Assembly: GCA_963817525.1 (NCBI GenBank)
Contig: CAWFOU010000007.1
Coordinates: 1,088,001-1,152,000, forward strand
Direction of reading: 5' to 3'
Origin: an uncultured archaeon
GTDB taxonomy: Archaea; Thermoproteota; Nitrososphaeria; Nitrososphaerales; Gagatemarchaeaceae
DNA: 64,000 bases
How positions within the stretch are numbered: position 1 is the stretch's first letter; the number at the start of each line of letters is the position of its first letter. Of this stretch, positions 56,861 through 64,000 are shown piece after piece. The position numbers and the translations under genes were made by a program. Below the pieces are notes generated by a model. The model did no database searches and was not told the DNA's origin. It worked only from the letters and a program-made list of their open reading frames with translations.

Positions 56861-59290
56861 CTATCTCTCGAGCCGCGCGAGGAAGACCGTCTCCGAGTAG
56901 GGCCTCTTGTCCCTCTCCGTCCTGTCCTCGACCGGCCTCTCGAACGACCTCTCGACGCGCATCCCCGCCTCCCCGAAGATCCCCGGGTAGAGGCCCAGCC
57001 TGTCATTGGCGACCAGCAGGACCGCCCCTCCCGGGGACATCGACGCCGCCATATTGCGCAGAGACTCGGTTATCCCTCTCGCGTATTCGGTCCTCGCCCT
57101 CTCCCCCTTGCCCTTCGCCTTTCGCCCAATCTCCAGCTCGTCCCTCCTCTTGATGCCGAGGAGCTCGTAGGCGTACCTGTGCTGCTCGTGGTAGTCTATC
57201 TGCCCGACATACGGAGGCGACGTGAAGACTCCGTCCACCCTTCCGCCCCGGAGGCGTTCGTCGAGGTCGACCCTCCTCGAGTCCCCCTCTATCACGAGGG
57301 ACGAGGCAGGCCTCCTCACCGCCTGGAACTCTGCGATCCGCCTGACGGTGTCGGAGGAGTAGAACCTTAGCCTGGGGACGATGGTGGTGACCGGCTGGCA
57401 GGTCTTCCCCATGTGCTTGTGGCAGACGTAGGGCGCTCGGACGGGCTCCTTCGGCGTGGCGAGGTCGTAGTGGTGAACGAGCCTGCAGGAGCGGGCCGTC
57501 CTGCTGAGGAGCACCTTGAGTAGGTCCTGGTGCTCGTAATCTGGGATGAGGCCGCGGAAGTGAAGCAGCTCCTCGAGCGCCCTCGGCGCGAACCACCTCT
57601 CCAAGTACCCGGCCTCCCCGCCGGGGTCGCGTCCCAGGTCCGCCCCCCTCCCGCCTTGGAACTTGCTCGCGCTGTGGTCAGCGGTCCTCCTCGAGATATC
57701 TACGACCTCCGCCTCCACCTCGGGGACGTCGTATTCGGCCAGCTTCACCCTGGAGATCATCACGTTGAACTCGGAGACCTCGACCCCGACAGAGCCGATC
57801 CCCCTCTCGCCAGCCTCCACCAGGGTCGTTCCCGAGTTTCCGCACCAAACAATCTTCCCATTCCTTCTCACCAGAATGATATGCGATGGAACTTCGCAAC
57901 AATAAACAAATCCTTCGTAATCAATTTCGACTGGCTTTTTGTTTATCTTTGGTGTTCGATGTCGCAACGAGCCGTAAACAACGTAGCCCTCTGCGATACC
58001 CTGCACCTTTCTTCCGTCGATGTAGCCGCCGCGAGGTTTCTGTCTGCCTATCTGAACTCCGTAACCGCACTTGAGTGCAACTTCGGCCACGTCATCAGCA
58101 AGTCGCTTCGAGACCGTCCAATAGCTAAAGCGGTCCTTCACCCAATGCCCGTCCCCCAAGACCAAATTCGTCAAAAGAACCTTGAGAAACTCGGGCGGCA
58201 GGTTTTTCACTTCCTCCGGAATGAACTTCGAATACTTGTTGCCCAGAGGTTTCAGGTAGTCAAACAATTGCTTAGAGTACAGCCTGAATTTGTGCCCGGC
58301 ATATCCATAGTGAAACGGTAACGTGTCTAGGACACTCTTCACTTCGACCATCTTGCGGGTTTGGGAAATCTCCACAGTCCTTCCCGAAGCCTTTTCGAGC
58401 GAACCTTCGGCGAGGTAGATGCCCAAAAAGGCCACCCAGTGCTTCAAATGAATATTGACGGCCGGTTGAACGTATTTGACGAAGGGGCCGACTTGATGTC
58501 CGGCCTTCAAGTATGCTGGAACAATAACCTCTCGCTCGGGCAGGTTAAAGTCGAAAGGAACGCCTAACCAAGAGGCCGACCGCATGACCTGGTCGCCCGT
58601 AAGTACTTGGGAGGGTAGCTTTGCCTTTACCTTTTTGCTATACCGATCTATGACAATCATTCGATGATTCGGTGTGACCAGAAGGTCAGTGTGTTTGCCT
58701 AAGAATCTGAACATCTTTCCAACGTAGTGGTACTTGTATAGCTTAGACGGTTTGACGAACCTCAGTTCGCCTGATTCGAGACTCCCTACCTTGTCGTCCG
58801 GGTTTAGATCCCTGCCGTAGACCCAACCCCTTTGCGTTAGGAATTCCGTCTGTTCGTCGTAGCAGCCGGAAAAGGGGTCGAGCACGGTCTGCCCAGGCTC
58901 GAAGTACCTCGACAGGAAGTAGCCCACCAGCTGGGGGATGAACTTGCCAAGGTATGGGTGCAGCCTGTGGACGTGCTTAGTCCTCTCCCTCTCCGGCACG
59001 TCGAGAAACGCAATCGATGTGTCGCCGATCCTCAGCTCCTCCATCCTCGACCTCACCCTCCGATTCCAGCCCTCAACGTAGCCTAGCAGCTCTTTCCTAG
59101 AGACCCTCAGGCCCCCGTTCGGCGCCCGCCTGACGACCCTCCCGCTCGCGTCGTACTTCGTCAGGCGGTTGTACTGGACCAAGTAGGAGATGTTGCTCGG
59201 GGTCTTCCCCACGAGTGCGGCGGCGTCGCCCAGTGTGAGGAGGTCCTCTCTGAGAACGCCCTCCGCTCCACTGTCAGGTCTCTTTGCCAA
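56861..59290 (-). CDS. DNA methyltransferase (N4-cytosine type, SPPY) with N-terminal HTH, containing an intein
   Basis: TKHVHRLHPYLGKFIPQLV, split motif I DPFSG|SGTT, FTSPPY motif IV. Confidence 0.9.
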   Translation of the reverse strand: MAKRPDSGAEGVLREDLLTLGDAAALVGKTPSNISYLVQYNRLTKYDASGRVVRRAPNGGLRVSRKELLGYVEGWNRRVRSRMEELRIGDTSIAFLDVPERERTKHVHRLHPYLGKFIPQLVGYFLSRYFEPGQTVLDPFSGCYDEQTEFLTQRGWVYGRDLNPDDKVGSLESGELRFVKPSKLYKYHYVGKMFRFLGKHTDLLVTPNHRMIVIDRYSKKVKAKLPSQVLTGDQVMRSASWLGVPFDFNLPEREVIVPAYLKAGHQVGPFVKYVQPAVNIHLKHWVAFLGIYLAEGSLEKASGRTVEISQTRKMVEVKSVLDTLPFHYGYAGHKFRLYSKQLFDYLKPLGNKYSKFIPEEVKNLPPEFLKVLLTNLVLGDGHWVKDRFSYWTVSKRLADDVAEVALKCGYGVQIGRQKPRGGYIDGRKVQGIAEGYVVYGSLRHRTPKINKKPVEIDYEGFVYCCEVPSHIILVRRNGKIVWCGNSGTTLVEAGERGIGSVGVEVSEFNVMISRVKLAEYDVPEVEAEVVDISRRTADHSASKFQGGRGADLGRDPGGEAGYLERWFAPRALEELLHFRGLIPDYEHQDLLKVLLSRTARSCRLVHHYDLATPKEPVRAPYVCHKHMGKTCQPVTTIVPRLRFYSSDTVRRIAEFQAVRRPASSLVIEGDSRRVDLDERLRGGRVDGVFTSPPYVGQIDYHEQHRYAYELLGIKRRDELEIGRKAKGKGERARTEYARGITESLRNMAASMSPGGAVLLVANDRLGLYPGIFGEAGMRVERSFERPVEDRTERDKRPYSETVFLARLER
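57836..58864 (-). mobile_element. Intein (343 aa) with LAGLIDADG homing endonuclease
   Basis: Begins CYDEQTEFLT; block B VTPNH; LGIYLAEGS and LVLGDG; ends VWCGN before Ser+1; visibly more AT-rich than its flanks. Confidence 0.93.
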
Positions 59291-59485
59291 GGACGCCTTC
59301 CGGTCAAGGCCCGGGTTTTGTATTAAGGCCTTCCGCGAGGTCGCTTAGGCGCAGGAAGACCGGGCCATGGAATGGCGATCCAACTTGAGTATTCACATGG
59401 ATTCCAAAAACCTGGGCGATGTTTCTCAACCCTTCGGCCACAATCTAGAAGTAACGCAGCAACACTCGCCGTCAATGTAAGAAGC

Positions 59486-60400
59486 ATGAACGACGGCAAA
59501 ATCGCGGTGTTCGGGGTCCTAATCGCCGTGCTGATGGTCGGCACCATAGCTGTCCTGCCGCAGATCCACGGGGGTTCGCAGGGCTCCTCGGTCACCGCGG
59601 TCGTGACCAGCTCCGAGTCGACCGCGACCTACACCCAGGGGCACGGCACGATAGTCTACTCCCCCGCGTGCAGCGGCACCGCGGAGACCTTCGGCAACAT
59701 CACCTTCAGCGTGAGCCTTTGCGTCGCCTACGGCTTCCCCTCGCCCTTCGTGAGGAACGCGACGCTTGACACGCGTCAGGTCCTTCCTTACATCAAGACG
59801 GCGTACGAGTACCACCTCGTCTACTTCGCCCACAGCGCGGCGAACCCGAACGTGATGTACGCCGTCCTCAACGTGACCGGGAGACAGGCCGTGTCCGGGA
59901 ACTACTCTTCAGGATACCAGGTCTCCTACGTGGGGAACAGGATCCTGAACGTGACCTTCCTCAAGGTCGCCTTCCACGTCTTCGACGTGACGCACGTCTC
60001 CGGCTACTCCCTCCCCGACCGCAACGGGTCGCTCTCGTACTCGCCCCAGCAGGCGCAGGCGATCAGCCTGGCGCTCTCCGACTCCAACGTCACGTCCCTC
60101 ATGGCGGGACAACCATACTACGCCAATTTCGTCGGGTCGACCGGGAACGCGACGGCCGCGGGCGGCTTCCTCGTCCAGTTCTACCAGGTGGACGGCACGG
60201 GAATCGTCGGGGCATTTGTGAACCTAGGCCCCGACTCCGTAGTCGACTCTTTCTACCAGCAGAGGGGTTCCGGCGAGTGCTTCCCTGGAGGCATCGTGGT
60301 CACAGACCCGTGGGGAGAGACGGGTTTCGGATGCACCGCCGCGGGAGCACCGTCAAGCACGGGCTTGCTTACCAATCCTGAGAATCATCCACACGCTTAA
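59486..60400 (+). CDS. Membrane-anchored secreted hypothetical protein
   Basis: N-terminal TM, many N-x-S/T sequons. Confidence 0.7.
   Translation: MNDGKIAVFGVLIAVLMVGTIAVLPQIHGGSQGSSVTAVVTSSESTATYTQGHGTIVYSPACSGTAETFGNITFSVSLCVAYGFPSPFVRNATLDTRQVLPYIKTAYEYHLVYFAHSAANPNVMYAVLNVTGRQAVSGNYSSGYQVSYVGNRILNVTFLKVAFHVFDVTHVSGYSLPDRNGSLSYSPQQAQAISLALSDSNVTSLMAGQPYYANFVGSTGNATAAGGFLVQFYQVDGTGIVGAFVNLGPDSVVDSFYQQRGSGECFPGGIVVTDPWGETGFGCTAAGAPSSTGLLTNPENHPHA
60369..60384. promoter_or_regulatory. Degenerate site TTACCA-ATCC-TGAGAA upstream of the Tat metallophosphoesterase
   Basis: 12 nt upstream of TTAAAT (60397); lies inside the 3' end of the upstream ORF. Confidence 0.4.
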
Positions 60401-60429
60401 ATCCACCGAACTGGCTTCTGCCGCATGGG

Positions 60430-61662
60430 TTGACAGCACCCGCGGGACCCGGAGAGAAGAAACTCTCCCGTCGCCGCTTCATAAAGTGGGCCGGGACGTG
60501 CCTCGCAGTCGGGACGTCGGCCGTCGCCCTCGGAAGCGTTGTCCTCAAACCAAAGGGAGCGGAGGCCGCTCCGCAGCCTTCCAATAGCTCTTACATCGAG
60601 TCCTCCACTTCCAGTTCGACGACGGAGGGCACGACCAGCCCCCCTACGACCTCCGCGACCTCGGCGACACCCAGCCCGACGGAGCCGCTGTCCGAGGACG
60701 CCTTCTCCATCTTCTGGGTCACCGACACGCAGTTCCTCTCCGAGTCGAACCCCGCACTCTTCAAGATGGTGAACAACTGGATCGTGGACAACTGGTCTCG
60801 CTTCAACGCAAAGTTGGCCGTCCACACGGGGGATCTGGTCCAGACGGGGGCGGTCATCCAGGAGTGGATCAACGCCGACGACGCCATGTCCATCCTGGCG
60901 AGGAACGGCATCCCTTACGTCTGGTGCGCCGGGAACCACGACGACCTCGTGCCCAACGATGCGACCTCGGGCTGGATAGGCAACACCCAGGCCGCCTCCC
61001 TCCAGCCCTCGGTCGCCAGCCAGGTGGTGAACAAGATGCCCTATGCCACGTGGGTGGGCGACTTCCACAACGGGATGAACACCGCCGCCACCTTCTCTGC
61101 GAGCGGCCTGGACTTTCTCGTCATCTGCGTCGAGTGGGACGCCCAGTCCGACGCGCTCCAGTGGGTCGGGAGCATCCTCGACGACCCGACCTACGCCAAC
61201 TACAACGTCATAATGGCGCCGCACGCCTACATCAACCCGTATGGCAGCCTCAACGACCCGAGGTGGGGGGCGCAGCTGGCAGATTTCATCAAGGAACTCA
61301 ATGTCATGATGGACGCCCACCCAAACGTCTTCCTCACACTCAACGGGCACTTTGCCACCGAGACCGGGTACAACACGCCCCAGCCGGTAAACGGCAGGAA
61401 CAGCCTGATGTACGACAGGCAGGACTCCGCCGACAACCCCGGGGACAAGTTCGGCCGAGGCGTGGACAACCCGCCCGACAGCGACACCGACAAGGTGGGC
61501 GGCTCGACGCTCATGGTCCTCACGTTCGAGCCCAGCTACAACCAGATCAAGGCCACGACCTACGACGTCTACCAGGGAAGGTGGAGGTCCAGCCCCACGG
61601 AGGAGTACTCGGTCGTGATGTTCCCCAACGCCCCGCAGAAGCTGAAGATCGCCGCCCAGTGA
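60430..61662 (+). CDS. Tat-exported calcineurin-like metallophosphoesterase
   Basis: LSRRRFIK Tat motif; TDTQ, HTGD, GNHD, PHAY, NGH. Confidence 0.88.
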   Translation: MTAPAGPGEKKLSRRRFIKWAGTCLAVGTSAVALGSVVLKPKGAEAAPQPSNSSYIESSTSSSTTEGTTSPPTTSATSATPSPTEPLSEDAFSIFWVTDTQFLSESNPALFKMVNNWIVDNWSRFNAKLAVHTGDLVQTGAVIQEWINADDAMSILARNGIPYVWCAGNHDDLVPNDATSGWIGNTQAASLQPSVASQVVNKMPYATWVGDFHNGMNTAATFSASGLDFLVICVEWDAQSDALQWVGSILDDPTYANYNVIMAPHAYINPYGSLNDPRWGAQLADFIKELNVMMDAHPNVFLTLNGHFATETGYNTPQPVNGRNSLMYDRQDSADNPGDKFGRGVDNPPDSDTDKVGGSTLMVLTFEPSYNQIKATTYDVYQGRWRSSPTEEYSVVMFPNAPQKLKIAAQ

Positions 61663-61696
61663 TGGGGCGGTGAAGAACGCCAAGACGTAGAGGCCC

Positions 61697-62134
61697 CTAC
61701 CGCGTCGTCGGCTGGGCGGGGCGGCGCAGCCGCCGCATTGTCTGCAGGAGAATCGCTGCCGCCCCTATCACCAGGAGCGGCGCGAAGATGATGGGGCTGA
61801 AGGTGTTGGCCCTCTGGGCGTCGAGGGTCCCCGATACCACACCTGACAGGCCGTACTCGAGCGCTATCATCCCGGCGACGAACACGGGGCTGAACACGAA
61901 CCTCTTCCCGAACGCCCCGAAGAAGAACACCACCGTCCCCGCCACCTGGACGAGGAAGACGGCCGGGTACACGGGGTTGACGCTGTTGAAGCAGAAGGGG
62001 CCTCCCGAGGAAGGCTCCACGATGCTCGCGGAGCAATTGACCTGTTCGAAAGGCGCGACCCCCGGCAGCGCCACGAGGAGGAGCACGCTCGCGCAGACCA
62101 CCGCCGCCCCCGCAACAGCCAACCTAGCAGGCAT
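61697..62134 (-). CDS. Hypothetical membrane protein
   Basis: About 4 TM helices; ATG 62134. Confidence 0.65.
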   Translation of the reverse strand: MPARLAVAGAAVVCASVLLLVALPGVAPFEQVNCSASIVEPSSGGPFCFNSVNPVYPAVFLVQVAGTVVFFFGAFGKRFVFSPVFVAGMIALEYGLSGVVSGTLDAQRANTFSPIIFAPLLVIGAAAILLQTMRRLRRPAQPTTR

Positions 62135-62236
62135 GGAAGAGTGGCCTGGCCCCGCCCCACGGGAATCTAAGTCCTGCGGCCGCCTCGGCGCTCCGGGGGA
62201 AGCTTGATTGACTCCCCGGGGTAGGGAGTCGCGCGC

Positions 62237-63379
62237 ATGCAGGCAGGACTCCAAGAGACGGCGCTCCTGTCTGGCTACGCCGTCCTCGTCCTGCTCGTGA
62301 GCCTCGCCTCGCTGAGGGGCTATTCGATGTTCAAGCCGCTCTCCCCCCTCCCCGTCGAGCGCCGCCACAAGGTCTCGGTCGTTGTGGCCGCGAAGAACGA
62401 GGCGGACACCCTGCGGGAGTCGCTAGAGTCACTCGCCGGGCTCGATTACCCGGACAAGGAGGTGATCGTGGTGTGCGGCCCCTCCGACGACGGCACCGAG
62501 CGTGTGGCCGAGGAGTTCTCCGGGAAGATGACGGTCCTCCGCGAGCCCCCGAGGCCTCCCGACTGGTTGGGGAAGAGCTGGGCGTGCCACCAAGGGTACC
62601 AGAGGTCGACCGGAGACGTCCTGCTCTTCGCCGATGGCGACGTCATCCACTCGCGAGAGAGCCTCGGCGTTGCGCTCGCCAACCTCGACGCCAAGGAGGC
62701 CGGCCTCCTTTCGGTCTGGCCAGAGATAGTCACAAGGACCAGGGCAGAGAGGCTCATCTTCCCGACGAGCATCTTCTTCCTCTGCTTGGGGGTGCTCTTG
62801 TCCTCAAGACGGACTCCGAGGGGAAGGAGGGTGAACGGAGCCAACGGGCAGTACATCATGATAAGGCGGGAGGCCTACGACTCGATCGGGGGCCACGCAG
62901 CAATCAAGAGCGACATCATGGAGGACAGCGCGATCGGGAGGGGCGCTCTAGGCCGCGGCCTCGAGGTCCTCAACGCGGACGGGGAGGGCTACGTCAAGGT
63001 CAAGCCCTACTCCAGGTTCGGGGAGGCCTGGGAGGCGCACGAGAGGTTCGGCGCCGGCCTGCTCCCCTCGTGGGGAGTCCTCGTGGCCACCTGCGTGCTG
63101 ACCGTCGCGTACTTCGCCGGGCCTTTCGCGCTCCTAGGACTCGCCCTCGCGACCGCGAACGGAGCCTATGCGCTAGGCGGCCTGGTGGCCTGCGCCCTGG
63201 TCCTAGGAACGCAGGGGTTCTTCTCCCTCAAGGTCTCGCGGGCACAGTACTTCCTACTCGCGCCGATCTCGGGGCTGCTGGTCACGGCCGCCTCGGTGAC
63301 GGGCTTCGTCAAATTCAGGCGCGGGGGAATAACCTGGAAGCGGGTCAAATACGCCAGCGACCGCTTTAAGCCTCTGTGA
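62237..63379 (+). CDS. GT2 glycosyltransferase (CrtQ/HpnB-like)
   Basis: AAKNE, WLGK.WAC, FADGD, ANGQY, GGH.AI...IMED; C-terminal TMs. Confidence 0.88.
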   Translation: MQAGLQETALLSGYAVLVLLVSLASLRGYSMFKPLSPLPVERRHKVSVVVAAKNEADTLRESLESLAGLDYPDKEVIVVCGPSDDGTERVAEEFSGKMTVLREPPRPPDWLGKSWACHQGYQRSTGDVLLFADGDVIHSRESLGVALANLDAKEAGLLSVWPEIVTRTRAERLIFPTSIFFLCLGVLLSSRRTPRGRRVNGANGQYIMIRREAYDSIGGHAAIKSDIMEDSAIGRGALGRGLEVLNADGEGYVKVKPYSRFGEAWEAHERFGAGLLPSWGVLVATCVLTVAYFAGPFALLGLALATANGAYALGGLVACALVLGTQGFFSLKVSRAQYFLLAPISGLLVTAASVTGFVKFRRGGITWKRVKYASDRFKPL

Positions 63380-63428
63380 AGGGCGGCCCGGGGAAAGGTT
63401 ATTCCCGAACTCAAACCCCCATCCACAC

Positions 63429-63971
63429 ATGGACCCGGATGAGCTAGAGACGTGGAAGCGGGCGCTCCTGAGGTTCAGGGCCCAGAAGGACGAGTTCCTG
63501 GCGCACTCCCGCGAGTCCCCGTTCGTCCGCTCAGGCCAGCGCAACTTCCACGGCCTCGCGTACTTCGAGCCCGACCCCGCCTTCAGGCTGGAGACGAAGC
63601 TGGCGAGGTACCCCACGGAGTCGAGCGTCATGATGATCACAAGCACGGGCGTGCGCCAGCTCTTCAACAGGGAGGGGCGCTTCGACCTGGTCGTCGCCGG
63701 CCAGCCCGTCCAGCTCCAGGCCTACCAGTCGGCTGAGAGGGAGGACCCTGACCTCTTCATCCCGTTCAAGGACGCGACCTCCGGGAAGGAGACCTACGGT
63801 GCCTGCCGATACCTCGACATGAAGGTCCAACACGACGACCTATACCTCGTCGACTTCAACTACGCCTACAATCCCTACTGCGCTTACGCGGAGAGCTACG
63901 TCTGCCCCCTCCCGCCCGCCGAGAACTGGCTAAGGGTCGCCATCCGCGCGGGCGAGAAGAACTACCACTAG
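63429..63971 (+). CDS. DUF1684-family protein
   Basis: PFKDATSG.ETYG..RY, DFN.AYNP.CAY...CPLPP.ENW...AGE. Confidence 0.92.
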   Translation: MDPDELETWKRALLRFRAQKDEFLAHSRESPFVRSGQRNFHGLAYFEPDPAFRLETKLARYPTESSVMMITSTGVRQLFNREGRFDLVVAGQPVQLQAYQSAEREDPDLFIPFKDATSGKETYGACRYLDMKVQHDDLYLVDFNYAYNPYCAYAESYVCPLPPAENWLRVAIRAGEKNYH

Positions 63972-64000
63972 CCCGCAGAATCGTCTCGAGTCCTTTGAAC

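Noticed and set aside
50757-60400. Run of hypothetical genes plus an MTase suggesting a provirus or defence island
   Set aside because: No integrase, capsid, packaging ATPase, att repeats or defence nucleases seen; only the intein is compositionally foreign.
1-64000. High frequency of CTCGAG/TCGA words
   Set aside because: Explicable by CTC-GAG and GTC-GAG/GAC codon pairs at high GC; enrichment cannot be claimed without a codon-aware count.
1-64000. tRNA, rRNA, CRISPR arrays, IS elements
   Set aside because: None recognised by eye; intergenic gaps are short and mostly explained by promoters. tRNAscan-SE/Infernal could not be run.

Overview
High-GC archaeal chromosomal window. Archaeal markers are TATA-box promoters with near-leaderless starts, archaeal PEP carboxylase, DUF1512, CDC48 and an Lrp-TRASH copper regulator; a non-ammonia-oxidising Nitrososphaerota/TACK lineage is my inference. 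About 65 genes; I recognised no rRNA, tRNA, CRISPR or transposase. Main blocks: (1) 4.9-18.1 kb: Thermococcales-style HypA plus a Cys-less Mrp ATPase, SQR-TusA-DsrE sulfur relay, tatA, a degenerate HypC with DUF6390, two tandem Tat-exported FAD oxidoreductases and putative heme/membrane partners. No hydrogenase subunit or hypDEF is present. These promoters share a palindrome (TTCTCA-N4-TGAGAA) about 13 nt upstream of the TATA box, which suggests an undescribed regulon. (2) A copper-resistance locus with its own operator pair. (3) A PadR locus whose operator recurs 12 kb away. (4) A bacterial-type classical menaquinone cluster (menC/menFDHBEA). (5) ppcA-aguB-aguA. (6) An orphan m4C-type DNA methyltransferase interrupted in its SAM-binding motif by a 343-aa LAGLIDADG intein. 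Other oddities: several genes appear to start at ACG/CTG, two genes carry +1 G-run frameshifts, and there is a stand-alone MIT-like domain. Family assignments come from motif recognition by eye, not from database searches.
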